A DNA stretch of 64,000 nucleotides from an uncultured archaeon (GCA_963817525.1 CAWFOU010000001.1:736001-800000); one strand, 5' to 3'. Shown: positions 29,600-40,276, counted from the stretch's first letter. Numbers and translations: made by a program. Notes: generated by a model from the letters alone, not told the origin.

Positions 29600-30451
29600 T
29601 CATTCGTTAAGAAAGATGCTCGCGTGTGACACGAACAGCTCCGGGTACTGAAACAGCGACGCGTGGCCGGAGTCTGGGAATAGGATGAGCTGCGCATCGG
29701 GGATGTGCTGAGCGAGCGTGAAAGAATTGACGGTCGGAATCATGATATCATGGCTTCCGTTCACGACCAGCGTCGGTTGAGTGATCGACCGGAGCTCAGC
29801 AAATCTTTCCCCTCTGGGCTCCAGCCACTCCCTTCTCGCCGCCTGCTGGGCCGCCATCGTCTGAGCTGAACTCGGGACATCGACGTCGGTCTTTCTACTA
29901 TGTCGACGTTCCCAGAAGGCCCTCCCGGCGGTCTGACCGCGCGGAGACGGGGAGAAGAACAGATACAGGAAGGCATCTAGACCGGTCTCGCCCGTAGAGG
30001 GGTCGGTCGAGGCTGCCAGGGGAGGGTAGTTTGTGTCCGACGACGGCTCGCCGTTGCGCGGACCGGTGCCCACGAGGAGAAGACGCCTGATGATTTTCGG
30101 GTGGCGAAGCGCCATAGTCTGAGCGATGTACCCGCCAATCGAGAATCCGAGGATGTCAACCAAGGAGAGTCCGAGGGCTCCAATGAAGTCGGAGGCATAA
30201 TCTCCCATCGCCTCGAACGTACTGGGCGTTTCACCGCTCGAACTCGCGACTCCTGCGTTATCGAATAAGATGACCTGGCGTTCCACGGCGAATCCGTCAG
30301 TGACAGCGGGATCCCAGTGGTCCATCCCGGCTCGGAAGTGCGGCATCAGGACCAGCGGCACTCCGACCTGTTTTCCGAACCGCCGATAGGCAAAACGGGT
30401 GCCATCCGCCTCTACGAACTGAGTCGGGGCGGTAACGTGCGTGCAGCTCAT
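29600..30451 (-). CDS. Alpha/beta hydrolase
   Basis: GFSIGG, D.MIP, SGH. Confidence 0.9.
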   Translation of the reverse strand: MSCTHVTAPTQFVEADGTRFAYRRFGKQVGVPLVLMPHFRAGMDHWDPAVTDGFAVERQVILFDNAGVASSSGETPSTFEAMGDYASDFIGALGLSLVDILGFSIGGYIAQTMALRHPKIIRRLLLVGTGPRNGEPSSDTNYPPLAASTDPSTGETGLDAFLYLFFSPSPRGQTAGRAFWERRHSRKTDVDVPSSAQTMAAQQAARREWLEPRGERFAELRSITQPTLVVNGSHDIMIPTVNSFTLAQHIPDAQLILFPDSGHASLFQYPELFVSHASIFLNE

Positions 30452-30458
30452 CTGGCCA

Positions 30459-31304
30459 TCAAGCGCCTAGAAACTCCGCTACATCGGCAGCGAACTCCGC
30501 GGCGTGCTGGAAAAGAAAGCCGTGCGCCGAGTCTGGATAGACTTTGATAGCGGATTGCGGTATCAGGCCCGCCAACAAATGCGAGTAGTGCGGGAGGATC
30601 ATCGGATCGCTGTCTCCGTTAACGATGAACACCGGCACGTCGATGGCGCACGCTTTTTGGAGTAACCCGTGGTTCGGAATCCCCCACTCGCAGACGGCGT
30701 CATACTGGCTCAAACGCGTCTCCCAGCTCACTGCCTTGTCTCGGTTTTCTTTTCTGGCATACATGCGGCCCAGCGCGCTCTTTCCCGATTGCCGGCTCGC
30801 CTCGGACGAAGTGAAGAAAACGCTCAGGTACTCTTCGGCGCTCGTCTCGGGTTTACCTACCGCCCCTATGACCTCTGGTGCCCAGCCGTGCATGCCCAGC
30901 GCGCCCTCCGGCGCCGAGGACGCCAGAACCAGCCTCCGCACTACGCCCGGCCGCAAGAGCGCAACTTCTTGTGCGACAAAGCTGCCGATGGAAAACCCGA
31001 GCAGGTCGACCTGCTTGAACCCCATCGAGGCAATGAAGGCCGTGGCCCCGTGTGCCATGTCCCTTATCGAGTGCGGGGTAGCGCCGGACGTGCCGCCCAC
31101 TCCGACGTTGTCGAACGCCACGACCCTGCGCACCGCGGCCAACGCGTCCACCAACGCCGGGTCCCAGCTGTCGAGGTTCCCTCTGAAATGCTGGAGGAGT
31201 ATCAGGGGCAAAGGTCCATTTCCTGCGTCCCGATAGGCGTATTCGACGCCGTTCGTTGCGCTGATTCGCTGGTTCGGAAGTTCGGAATAGGACTCGATTG
31301 TCAT
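30459..31304 (-). CDS. Alpha/beta hydrolase (paralog of its neighbour)
   Basis: HFRG, GFSIGS, SAHG. Confidence 0.9.
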   Translation of the reverse strand: MTIESYSELPNQRISATNGVEYAYRDAGNGPLPLILLQHFRGNLDSWDPALVDALAAVRRVVAFDNVGVGGTSGATPHSIRDMAHGATAFIASMGFKQVDLLGFSIGSFVAQEVALLRPGVVRRLVLASSAPEGALGMHGWAPEVIGAVGKPETSAEEYLSVFFTSSEASRQSGKSALGRMYARKENRDKAVSWETRLSQYDAVCEWGIPNHGLLQKACAIDVPVFIVNGDSDPMILPHYSHLLAGLIPQSAIKVYPDSAHGFLFQHAAEFAADVAEFLGA

Positions 31305-31501
31305 TTCGGTTCTCCTTCCGTAGGAAGGCGTCTCGTAATAAGTAAGAAAGTGAGTAAAAGGAAAGTTTGCCTCCATTCCCTTCGAAAGTTCGAAGGGGCG
31401 ACGAGCCCAAGGAAAATACGCGCTTGCACCGTGCTGGGTAACTATCCTTTTACTCACTTTCTCATTTAATACGCAAATTCCTGAAGCAGACGGCGATAAA
31501 T

Positions 31502-32206
31502 ATGGCGCAGAAAGGTTCTCAGGTCAAGAACGTAGTTCTAGTACACGGCGCATGGGCAGATGGCTCCTCTTGGAGCGATGTGATCGAGAAGCTCCAGGAC
31601 AAGGGCTACAAGGTCAGCGCGCCTCAGTTTCCGATGAGTTCGCTGGCAAACGATGTCGCCCGGCTGCGCCAGGTGCTCGCTCTGCAAGATGCCCCGACCA
31701 TCGTCGCCGGCCATTCCTACGGCGGTCAAATCATGACCGCTCTCGGCACAGACGCCCAGAATGTGGTCGGTCTCGTCTACATCGCCGCGTTCGGAATAGA
31801 CCAAGGGGAGTCACTCGGCAAACTGTCTCAGGGACCTCCAACCCCAGCGCTTGCGCACGCATCCGTGGACAAACAGGGCTTCATGTGGCTGTCGGAGGAC
31901 GACTTTGTCAACCACTTCGCGGCCGACGTTAATCATAAAAAGGCGAAGGTCATGTTTGCCGTTCAGCAAGCCTTGTCGGCGACGGCCTTCACGGACGTCA
32001 TGAGCGTCCCGGCTTGGAAATCTATGCCATCATGGTATATGGTCGCCACTAAGGATCAGGCAATCCCACCCGATGCCGAACGGATGTTCGCCAAGCGCAT
32101 GGGCGCAATCGTCGTCGAAGTGCAGTCGAGTCATGTGGCCATGACGTCGCACCCGAAAGAGACGGCCGAGCTGATTGAGAGGGCTGCAATAGCGACAGGC
32201 AAGTAA
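31502..32206 (+). CDS. Alpha/beta hydrolase
   Basis: VHGAW, GHSYGG, D.AIP, SSH. Confidence 0.9.
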   Translation: MAQKGSQVKNVVLVHGAWADGSSWSDVIEKLQDKGYKVSAPQFPMSSLANDVARLRQVLALQDAPTIVAGHSYGGQIMTALGTDAQNVVGLVYIAAFGIDQGESLGKLSQGPPTPALAHASVDKQGFMWLSEDDFVNHFAADVNHKKAKVMFAVQQALSATAFTDVMSVPAWKSMPSWYMVATKDQAIPPDAERMFAKRMGAIVVEVQSSHVAMTSHPKETAELIERAAIATGK

Positions 32207-32361
32207 GGCTGACCACTGTCAGGGATGCTCAAGATCTGGTTGATCAGCTTCGCTCTGGTCCTCCGTCCTCGTGCCTTCCCCATAAGGAACCAGAGTTGGA
32301 GACGGAGGTCCGGGACATCCTTCATACAGGTTTGCGGGGCGTCCCGCCCAACCCCCATGAT

Positions 32362-32868
32362 TTAGTCGGCCTCGGCGAGGGCTCGGAGCAAGTCCGCGTT
32401 CTTCGGTCGATCCGGCGCATTCCTACCAACGTAGCTGTAACGCACGATTCCCCTTCCATCGATTACGAATGCCGACGGCTTCGGCAGTCGGCTTATCCCT
32501 CTCGCCTTTAGCGCCTCAGGCACGTTGGCATCCAGCACCCCATACCTCTCAATCGAGCCGAAGGAGGCATCACTTAGCAATACGAACGGAAGTTGCAGCT
32601 TCTTCAGGAAGTCTTTCCCTTTCTCTACCTCCTCACCGCTGACAGCGACCACCACGGCATTCAATCCTTCGAACTTCTCGTAGTCCCTGGCGATTGCAGC
32701 TAGCTGCTCGTTGCAGAAAGGACACCAGCCGCCGCGGTAGAATAGAAGGACTGCCTTCCTTCCACCAATCAGGCTGCTCAGTCGTACTTTTTTCTCAGAC
32801 AAGTCGCGAGCTTCAAAGTCGGGGGCGGACTCCCCCACCTGGACCTTAGCGATGTTCTCTTTTTCCAT
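32362..32868 (-). CDS. AhpC/TSA peroxiredoxin-like protein
   Basis: APDF, FYRGGWCPFC. Confidence 0.88.
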   Translation of the reverse strand: MEKENIAKVQVGESAPDFEARDLSEKKVRLSSLIGGRKAVLLFYRGGWCPFCNEQLAAIARDYEKFEGLNAVVVAVSGEEVEKGKDFLKKLQLPFVLLSDASFGSIERYGVLDANVPEALKARGISRLPKPSAFVIDGRGIVRYSYVGRNAPDRPKNADLLRALAEAD

Positions 32869-32933
32869 GGTTTCCTTCGTATTCTAGGTATCAAAAGGAA
32901 AGTATTAAAAGAGCAAAGTGTCAGGGGTGACAC

Positions 32934-33308
32934 ATGCGAGGAACCATGACGATTGACGCCTCGATCTGTCCTATCGTGGCTACAATGAAGATTTTAGGGA
33001 ACGAATGGAATATGATTGCCATCAGGTACCTGCACGACCAACCGATGAAGTATAACCAGCTCAGGCGTGCAATGGGCAGTGTGAGCTCAAAGACTCTCTC
33101 GCGCTCGCTCAAGCACTTGGCGAAGGAGGAGATTGTCGAGAGGAGAGTCCTTGAGACGTCGCCGATCTCAGTTCAATATTCCCTGACCGAAAGAGGGCAG
33201 GAGTTGAGTGAGGCGCTCTATGAAATGAAGAGTTGGGGCAGCAAGTGGTTAACCCCCAGAACCCTCCAAGAGGCGAAGGCCCTCGGCACTGACCGAGCCA
33301 AGCGCTGA
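32934..33308 (+). CDS. HxlR-family regulator (paralog of 40799-41134)
   Basis: CPIVATMKILGNEW, SLTERG. Confidence 0.9.
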   Translation: MRGTMTIDASICPIVATMKILGNEWNMIAIRYLHDQPMKYNQLRRAMGSVSSKTLSRSLKHLAKEEIVERRVLETSPISVQYSLTERGQELSEALYEMKSWGSKWLTPRTLQEAKALGTDRAKR

Positions 33309-33533
33309 CGATGATGTCGAAGCTCGGAGCGACTGCCCTTGAATTTCAAAGCACAAAGGGGTGGGTGGATTCCGGGCGTATCCTTGGATCTGCCCCGATA
33401 GGTATGGAGTACCGCCTCACAGGAGGGGCATGGAGATGAGCGGGGCTCTCTACGAGATGAAGAAGTGGGGGAGGAAGCGGCTCGCGCGGAAGGGACTCCC
33501 GACCGCCATGCTCGCGACCTAGGAGGGACCGGA

Positions 33534-34980
33534 ATGAAGCAATACGACCTGATAATCGTGGGCAGCGGCTCAGCCATGAACATCGTCGACCTCATGATCG
33601 AGAGGAATCCAAAGATCAAGATTGCTGTGATAGACAAGGACGAGCCTGGGGGGATCTGCCTCACCAGGGGCTGCATCCCATCCAAGATAATGGTCTACCC
33701 TGCGGAACTCGTCAGGACGCTCGACGGAGCCGAGGTGCTGGGGTTGGACGTCGAGGTCAAGGGCGTGAGCTACGACAAGATCATGAGGAGGATGAGGTCG
33801 CTCATCGACAAGGACATCGAATCGATAAGGGAACGCCTCTCAAACTCCGAGAACATCGACTATTATCACGCACAGGCTGAGTTCATCGCGCCCTATCAGA
33901 TTAGCGTGGAAGAAGAAACCATCGTAGGCAACATGATCTTCCTGGGGACGGGCTCCAGGGCGGTCATCCCCGAGATCAAGGGCCTCGATTCCGTCGGCTA
34001 TCAGACCAGCGACTCGATAATACGCATGGAGATGAAGAACCTGCCCGGCAGCATCGCCATAGTCGGCGCCGGCTATATCGGGGCGGAGTTCGGGCACTTC
34101 TTCGCCGCGCTGGGCTCCAAGGTTACGATCATAGGCCGGAATCCCCAATTCCTGCCGGGCGAAGAACCGGAGATTTCAGTCCTCGCCGCGCGCGACATGG
34201 GAAAGCACATGGGAATCATGACCAATTGCGAAGCGCCCGAGGTGCGACTGCTGGACAACGGTATCAAGACCCTGGAGGTCTTCGACCGTCGAACCTCGAA
34301 GACGGTCAGCGTCGAGGCAGAGGAGATCCTTGTGGCCGCGGGGAGGGGTCCCACAAACGACATCCTGAGGCCAGAGGAGGGCGGCGTGAGGACAACGAAG
34401 GAGGGCTGGATAGAGGTGAACGAATTCCTAGAGACGTCCCAGCCGAATGTCTGGGCTCTCGGGGACTCGCATGGGAAATACCTTTTCAGGCACGTGGCCA
34501 ACTACGAGTCCGAGGTACTCTACGAGAACGCCGTCTTGAAGAGGAAGGTCCAGCTAGATTATCATACCCCATGCCGTGTTCACTTATCCCGAGGTCGCCA
34601 GCGTGGGATTGAGGGAGAAGGAGGCTGTGGAGAAGTACGGGGAAAGCGGAGTTCTCATTGGCTTTCACAGGTTCGAGGACACGGCAAAGGGCGAGGCGAT
34701 GGGCGTCAAGGACTACTTCGTGAAGGTCTTGCTCAAGAGGGATTCGCGGATAATACTTGGCGCGCACATCATAGGTCCGCACGCCTCAATCCTGATTCAG
34801 GAAATCATCAATCTGATGTACACAGACGACAGGAGCTCTCAGCCTATGCAGGACGCGATTCACATCCATCCGTCGCTGAGCGAGGCGGTCCAGTGGGCTT
34901 TCGGCTCTCTGATGAATCCACACGAGTATCATCACGCACTTGAGCATTACGGCCTTGCCGGTCACCCCGAATCTGCTTAG
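33534..34980 (+). pseudogene. Dihydrolipoamide dehydrogenase/mycothione reductase-like flavoprotein, frameshifted near 34566
   Basis: GGICLTRGCIPSK, GAGYIG; C-terminus (FTYPEVA...IHPSLSE) continues in another frame. Confidence 0.85.
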
Positions 34981-35182
34981 CTTGTCAAAGGGATATTGAA
35001 ATCGCCGGGTTGTTCGCAAACTTGAGAGCAACCATAGCCCGAAGGGGCTTGGTAATTCATCCAGGCCGACCCAAAGCTGGCAGACTAATCGGCACAACCA
35101 AGGTATAGAAATACGCGAGACAACCTGCATCGCCCTATGGCATCAGACGCGAAGTTCGAATCCGACCCTGGGTATGTAATGA

Positions 35183-35261
35183 TGGCGGGCCCGGAGAGAT
35201 TTGAACTCTCGACCCTCGGCTTCGGAGGCCGATGCCCTGATCCGTGCTAGGCTACGGGCCC
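35183..35261 (-). tRNA. tRNA-Arg (CCG), CCA encoded
   Basis: GGGCCCG...TCGGC-CTCCGAA-GCCGA...TTCAAAT...CGGGCCC-G-CCA. Confidence 0.95.
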
Positions 35262-35380
35262 TGGCCTGACAGGGCCGCCTACTCTAGTTATGTCTTGGGG
35301 CGGCGTCCAACCCTCGCAGGTCAGACGCAGGGCCTATAGCACGGGATAAATGGGCACACGTCGCGGGGCAGAGCTACACT

Positions 35381-37306
35381 TTGAAGTTTAGGGAGTTCGA
35401 GGCCGAGGTAAGGGGCGCGATTCTTGCGGCCGCGGAGGGGAAGGGCTACAAGCTCGCGGAGGTCGAGCTTCTCCGCCCACCCAACCCCGAGCTCGGCGAC
35501 GTCTCGAGCCCTGTCGGTCTCAGGATCGCGAGGGAGGCCCGGAAAGCCCCAGGAGTGATCGCCCAGGAGATCGCCGAGACCGTCGGCGCGAACGCGAAGA
35601 GCTGGCGTCTGATAGGCGGGGTCGAGGCCCACGACTCTGGGTACGTGAACTTCCGCACCAACTGGGGCCTCTTCGCGTACGAGCTCCTCCAGTCGGTGCT
35701 CAAGCCGGCAGGCGGCCTCCTCTCGCTGGACGCTCCCGGGGACAGGAAGCGCGTAGCCATCGAGCACACCAACGTCAACCCGAACAAGGCGCTCCACATC
35801 GGCCACGCGAGGAACCTCGTCCTTGGAGACTCCCTCGTCAGGACGATGAAGAGGCTGGGGCACGAGGTCCAGACTCTCAACTATATCGACGACTCGGGAG
35901 CCCAGGTAGCGGACGTCATCGTCGGGCTCAAGTTCCTGGGCTTCTCAGACCAAGCGCCGGATGGCGTCAAGTTCGACGCCTACTGCGGGGACGTCGTGTA
36001 CACCAAGGTGAACCAGGCGTACGAGAGGGACCCCTCGCTGAAGGAGAAGCAGCGTCTGGTCCTGAAGGAGATAGAGAAGGGGACCGGGGAGCTAGGACAG
36101 TACGCAGAGAAGATAGTCTCGAGGATCCTCGCGGCCCAGCTGGAGACGTGCTGGAGGCTGGGTGCCAGGTACGACCTCCTGAACTGGGAGTCCCACATCC
36201 TGAGGACGGGGATGTGGAAGGACGTCTTCGAGGAGTTGAAAGCGAAGGGCATAGCCGTGCTCGAGACGGAGGGAGAGAACGCGGGCTGCTGGGTGGTGAA
36301 GGACAAGGAGCTCGGGGAGGACAAGGTTTTGGTGAGGTCGGACGGCACGGTCCTCTATGTCGCGAAGGACATCCCCTATGCCGCGTGGAAGATAGGGCTC
36401 GTCGCAGACCGGTTCACATATCGCGTGTACGGCACCCAGCCCGACGGGAGCACCCTCTGGAGCACGGCCGGCGAGCTGACGGGAGAGGGGGGAGCGCCCT
36501 CGCACCCGAAGTTCGGCGGGGCTGACCTAGCCATCTCGGTAATCGACTCGAAGCAGACCAGGCTACAGAAGGTGGTCAGCAAGGTCCTCGGGCGGATGGA
36601 TGGGAAGGAGAACGAGAGGTACCTGCACAGGGCCTACGAGGTGGTCGCCCTCTCCAAGAGGTCGGCGGAGAGCCTGGGCATCACCGTCGAGAAGGAGTTC
36701 GTCCACATGCAGGGAAGGAAGGGGATCTACATCAACGTCGACACGATGCTCGACGCGTTGAGGGACAAGTCCTTCGAGGAGACGAAGAGGAGGAACCCCG
36801 AGAGGGGAGACGAGTGGTTAGACTCTGTCGCCGACGTACTGGCGGTGGCCGCGTTCAGGTTCGAGCTGGTCAAGCAGGACCCCGACAAGATCATCGCGTT
36901 CGACCTGGAGTCATCCCTCAGGCTGCAGGGGGACACGGGCCCCTACCTGCTCTACAGCTTCGCCCGCGCCAGCAGGATGCTCGCGAAGTCCGGGGCGACC
37001 GACCCGAAAGTGACCGAGGAGACGGCGGGAAAGCTAACGCACCCGAAGGAAGTATCTTTGCTCAAGCTGATTTCCGTATACGACAAGTCCGTCCTCGAGG
37101 CGGAGCACTATCTTTCGCCAAAGGAGGTGGCCACGTACGCCCACTCCCTCGCGGCGACCTTCAGCGAGTTCTACGAGGCGGTCCAGGTCAACAGCGAGCC
37201 CGACCTCGGCCTCCGGGACGCGAGGCTCGCGATGATCCAAGTGTTCAGGGAGATCCTCAAGGACGCGCTGACGCTCTTGGGCATCGGGGCTCTCGAAGAG
37301 ATCTGA
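35381..37306 (+). CDS. argS: Arginine--tRNA ligase
   Basis: NPNKALHIGH, MQGRKG, GDTGPYLLY, DALR-type C-terminus. Confidence 0.96.
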   Translation: MKFREFEAEVRGAILAAAEGKGYKLAEVELLRPPNPELGDVSSPVGLRIAREARKAPGVIAQEIAETVGANAKSWRLIGGVEAHDSGYVNFRTNWGLFAYELLQSVLKPAGGLLSLDAPGDRKRVAIEHTNVNPNKALHIGHARNLVLGDSLVRTMKRLGHEVQTLNYIDDSGAQVADVIVGLKFLGFSDQAPDGVKFDAYCGDVVYTKVNQAYERDPSLKEKQRLVLKEIEKGTGELGQYAEKIVSRILAAQLETCWRLGARYDLLNWESHILRTGMWKDVFEELKAKGIAVLETEGENAGCWVVKDKELGEDKVLVRSDGTVLYVAKDIPYAAWKIGLVADRFTYRVYGTQPDGSTLWSTAGELTGEGGAPSHPKFGGADLAISVIDSKQTRLQKVVSKVLGRMDGKENERYLHRAYEVVALSKRSAESLGITVEKEFVHMQGRKGIYINVDTMLDALRDKSFEETKRRNPERGDEWLDSVADVLAVAAFRFELVKQDPDKIIAFDLESSLRLQGDTGPYLLYSFARASRMLAKSGATDPKVTEETAGKLTHPKEVSLLKLISVYDKSVLEAEHYLSPKEVATYAHSLAATFSEFYEAVQVNSEPDLGLRDARLAMIQVFREILKDALTLLGIGALEEI

Positions 37307-37431
37307 GCGAGCGAGTCCTCGCCGCCCGGTTCGACCTGTCAGAGCGGTCTGTCCCTGTGCAGCGGCTGATTTTTATATGTAGAGGGTTTCTCATTTTAGC
37401 CATGTATCCGCCGCAGAGGATTATCACGAAC

Positions 37432-37716
37432 ATGTCGAGACAGCACGTAGACCAGGCGATAGAAGAGCTCGAGCAGTCCATCGAGGTGGACAGGACGGAG
37501 ATCGGTCATTATCAGATTCTCGAGGAGATGCTATCTGCGGCTTCTCTAAAGGCCGTTGGCGGAGGGAAGGCGCCGATGGGGCTGGACCTTGCCCTCCGCG
37601 AAAGGCAACAGGCCAGGGGCGCGCTTCAAGGGCTCAGGCAGCTAGAATACGATGAAATCAACAAGAAGCAAGAGGTGTTGAGCTTCTTCACCAGGCTCAG
37701 AGCCTACGTGACCTGA
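37432..37716 (+). CDS. Helical hypothetical protein
   Basis: Clean ORF downstream of TTTTATAT box. Confidence 0.5.
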   Translation: MSRQHVDQAIEELEQSIEVDRTEIGHYQILEEMLSAASLKAVGGGKAPMGLDLALRERQQARGALQGLRQLEYDEINKKQEVLSFFTRLRAYVT

Positions 37717-37831
37717 TTCGCTTTCGGTGCCACCGCGGCCCTTGTTAACTCCGTGTCGTCGAACCGCAGAATTGAGGAACGAGCATGGCAAGCTAAAAAG
37801 CCCGGTTTCTGGGGCCGTGACTCGCACTAGC

Positions 37832-37904
37832 AGCCCGTTCGTCTAGTGGTCAAGGATAGGGGCCTCTGGAGCCTCTGACCCAGGTTCGAATCCTGGACGG
37901 GCTA
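37832..37904 (+). tRNA. tRNA-Gln (CTG)
   Basis: AGCCCGT...GGGGC-CTCTGGA-GCCTC...CCAGG-TTCGAAT-CCTGG-ACGGGCT-A. Confidence 0.96.
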
Positions 37905-38051
37905 TCTCTCCAATTCCTGCTCTTTTTGCACTTTGTGGTCTGATTCAGGTCGCGCTTGCCCGAAGGAGTCCGCGCGGACCGTCGGTTTGTTGATTCCAGA
38001 ACATGTTACCACACACCTTAATTTCGACCATGCATTCCAGGAGAGGTTGCA

Positions 38052-39362
38052 ATGGATGTCGATTCCCAAAGAGGTATCGGCAAATCTGCCGGTCTTGCCG
38101 TAGCCGCCGCCCTTCTCGTTATCGCCGGGCTCATAGCTTTCGCAGGGACCACGAAAACTCCAGCAAGCATCTCTTCCAATCAATCGTCCCCCGCTTCGAG
38201 GGCCAGTCAATTCACGTTCTTCAATTCAACAGTCTCTCTGGACGGCCTACAACTTGGCGTGGCTCTGAATACGACGTCACTTCCGGCAGGCCAAGGTTTG
38301 TCAGCCGATGTGTATCTCACGAACACTCTGCCCAGGAACATCTCGCTCCCCGCGAATCTCACAGCCTTCGGGGGGGATTCGACCCTCGAGTCTTTGGGCC
38401 GTGGCTATCAGTGCGATGGGGCGGGGCTTCTGGGCGTACTCAATTTTGGAGTTTACCGGGGACACTATACCGCAGAGAATTTCTCACAGGAGCCCGCTCC
38501 TCTCTTGATGGAGGCTCCTGTTCCTGGCAGTTGTCCAAACCCGTACTACTACGTCCAATCGCAAACTCAGGGTTTTGAATTTGCGCCAAACAGCGACATG
38601 GCCACGCTTTCAGGGCAGAAGACGACTGAGATGCATCTCACTCTCCAAAGTATCAACTTCACAGCGGTTCCATACACGTTCTGCTGTGAGACGATTATTC
38701 AGAACGGATCGACAACGACTTCGCGAAGTGGAATGGACCTTGGAGGGTCATGGTCGCCCTCCGAGGGCGCTAGAGGTTACTGGACGATGCCCCCTAACGG
38801 CACCGCCATCCCTTCATTTGGAGGAAGCAACATACTTCAGACCGTTAATCAGGTCCACGACCTCTATCACGAGTTCGGCCCGGGTCTCTATACGATTGTG
38901 GCGGAGGACTTTTGGAACCAGACCGCGTTCGCGTATTTTGGGGTCCACCCCAACTCTTCCTCTTCGACAATCGCTTGCTTCGAAACAGGGTTCCCTTCAA
39001 CCATCTCCGTAAGGCTCGTTCAAGACGCAACGTTGCAGCCTGCACAAGGGGTTCATGTCTTCGCTTACGAATTGAACCCTTGCGGTGCGTCGAATCAGGT
39101 AGACCTTGGCGTCACGAACTCCACTGGGTATGCTCCTATTCAGCTGAACTGGAACGGAAAATACACCGTCGAAGTCGACTACAATTCCCAAACAATCTTT
39201 GGTTTCTCAGGTCAATCTTTCAATCTACCGACGCTTGACACCCTGAGCGTCCCGTCAGGGATTGTAACAGAACAGACCAACGGTTGCCTGCCAGATGCTT
39301 GTCTCCCATACACGACGACGACAACGGCTAACATCACCACTGCTCTACCGGGCGGTCCTTGA
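38052..39362 (+). CDS. Membrane-anchored secreted protein, Ser/Thr-rich with paired cysteines
   Basis: N-terminal TM, many NxS/T sequons. Confidence 0.7.
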   Translation: MDVDSQRGIGKSAGLAVAAALLVIAGLIAFAGTTKTPASISSNQSSPASRASQFTFFNSTVSLDGLQLGVALNTTSLPAGQGLSADVYLTNTLPRNISLPANLTAFGGDSTLESLGRGYQCDGAGLLGVLNFGVYRGHYTAENFSQEPAPLLMEAPVPGSCPNPYYYVQSQTQGFEFAPNSDMATLSGQKTTEMHLTLQSINFTAVPYTFCCETIIQNGSTTTSRSGMDLGGSWSPSEGARGYWTMPPNGTAIPSFGGSNILQTVNQVHDLYHEFGPGLYTIVAEDFWNQTAFAYFGVHPNSSSSTIACFETGFPSTISVRLVQDATLQPAQGVHVFAYELNPCGASNQVDLGVTNSTGYAPIQLNWNGKYTVEVDYNSQTIFGFSGQSFNLPTLDTLSVPSGIVTEQTNGCLPDACLPYTTTTTANITTALPGGP

Positions 39363-39426
39363 CTGGATGGATTAGTACCTATTCGGGTGCGAACAACGTT
39401 CAGGCGAAGATACCACCAATGAGTGT

Positions 39427-39475
39427 CAAATTCCACGTAAAAGCCCCTGAACAGGTGCAGCTCCTGGGCGGCCTA
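39427..39475 (+). repeat. Cassette boundary site 1 (class A, degenerate core)
   Basis: CAAATTCCACGTAAAAGCCCCTGAACAGGTGCAGCTCCTGGGCGGCCTA. Confidence 0.85.
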
Positions 39476-39617
39476 TTTTCTGTTGGCGCTCTGGTGGTGC
39501 CGAATGGAGTTCTGCTCCGGAGTGGGCACTTCTCGAGTCTTCCCGGTCCGACTCTGCCAAATCGAGTAAGGAGACTCTAACGTTCGGTTTTCGGACGCCT
39601 ACTCAGCTGATGGGATC

Positions 39618-40040
39618 CTACGTCGCTAATGGATCGACAAACTTCATCTCACGACTTTTGAACCGCAAGCTCTGAAGGCTCAGCAGATCCTGATCGTGGG
39701 TCAGCATCGTTTCGATTCCGTTCCTGAGGTAGCAACCTACAATCAGAGCGTCTCTTCCCCCCAAGTTGAGCTTTGTTCCCAAGTCCAACGAAAAAAGCGA
39801 AACCGTCTTGGTGAGATTGAAGAAGACTGTCCGCCGGTCCTTGACGAGCGTACGAAGTTTCAATCGCCCGTCTGCAGGTGACATTCCTCTCTTGAATACC
39901 AGGGTATGATATGATTCATGTACCACGGTAGGGTTTAGCGCCCAAGCTTGGGTTGACAAGATGGAGTCTCTAGCTTTCACGTGCTCGTCGGTTGTTGGAT
40001 CCAAGGCGTGGACTAGGATGCTGGAATCTATGCCATTCAC
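39618..40040 (-). CDS. vapC: VapC PIN toxin
   Basis: IDSSIL, VHE, GRDAL, THDQD. Confidence 0.88.
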   Translation of the reverse strand: MNGIDSSILVHALDPTTDEHVKARDSILSTQAWALNPTVVHESYHTLVFKRGMSPADGRLKLRTLVKDRRTVFFNLTKTVSLFSLDLGTKLNLGGRDALIVGCYLRNGIETMLTHDQDLLSLQSLRFKSREMKFVDPLAT

Positions 40041-40276
40041 TTAGCTCGCCAGATTTCTTTGATTTCATCTTCTTTGACCAGCTGCGGCTTCCTCGTTCTC
40101 TTAGGGTCCCAAGACATCGTCTCGCGGAGCGAATCCTCTGTTTCCTTTGCCTTTTTCACGGTGACAAAGCCCTTCTCCTTCTTGAACGTGACTACGCTGC
40201 CTTCCACTAGACCCAATTCATCGGCGATGTCCTTGGGTAGCACTACCCTTCTCTTGTCGTCCAGGATAGAGGTCAT
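40037..40276 (-). CDS. vapB: AbrB-type antitoxin
   Basis: LDDKRRVVLPK.I...LGL.EG. Confidence 0.88.
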   Translation of the reverse strand: MTSILDDKRRVVLPKDIADELGLVEGSVVTFKKEKGFVTVKKAKETEDSLRETMSWDPKRTRKPQLVKEDEIKEIWRAK

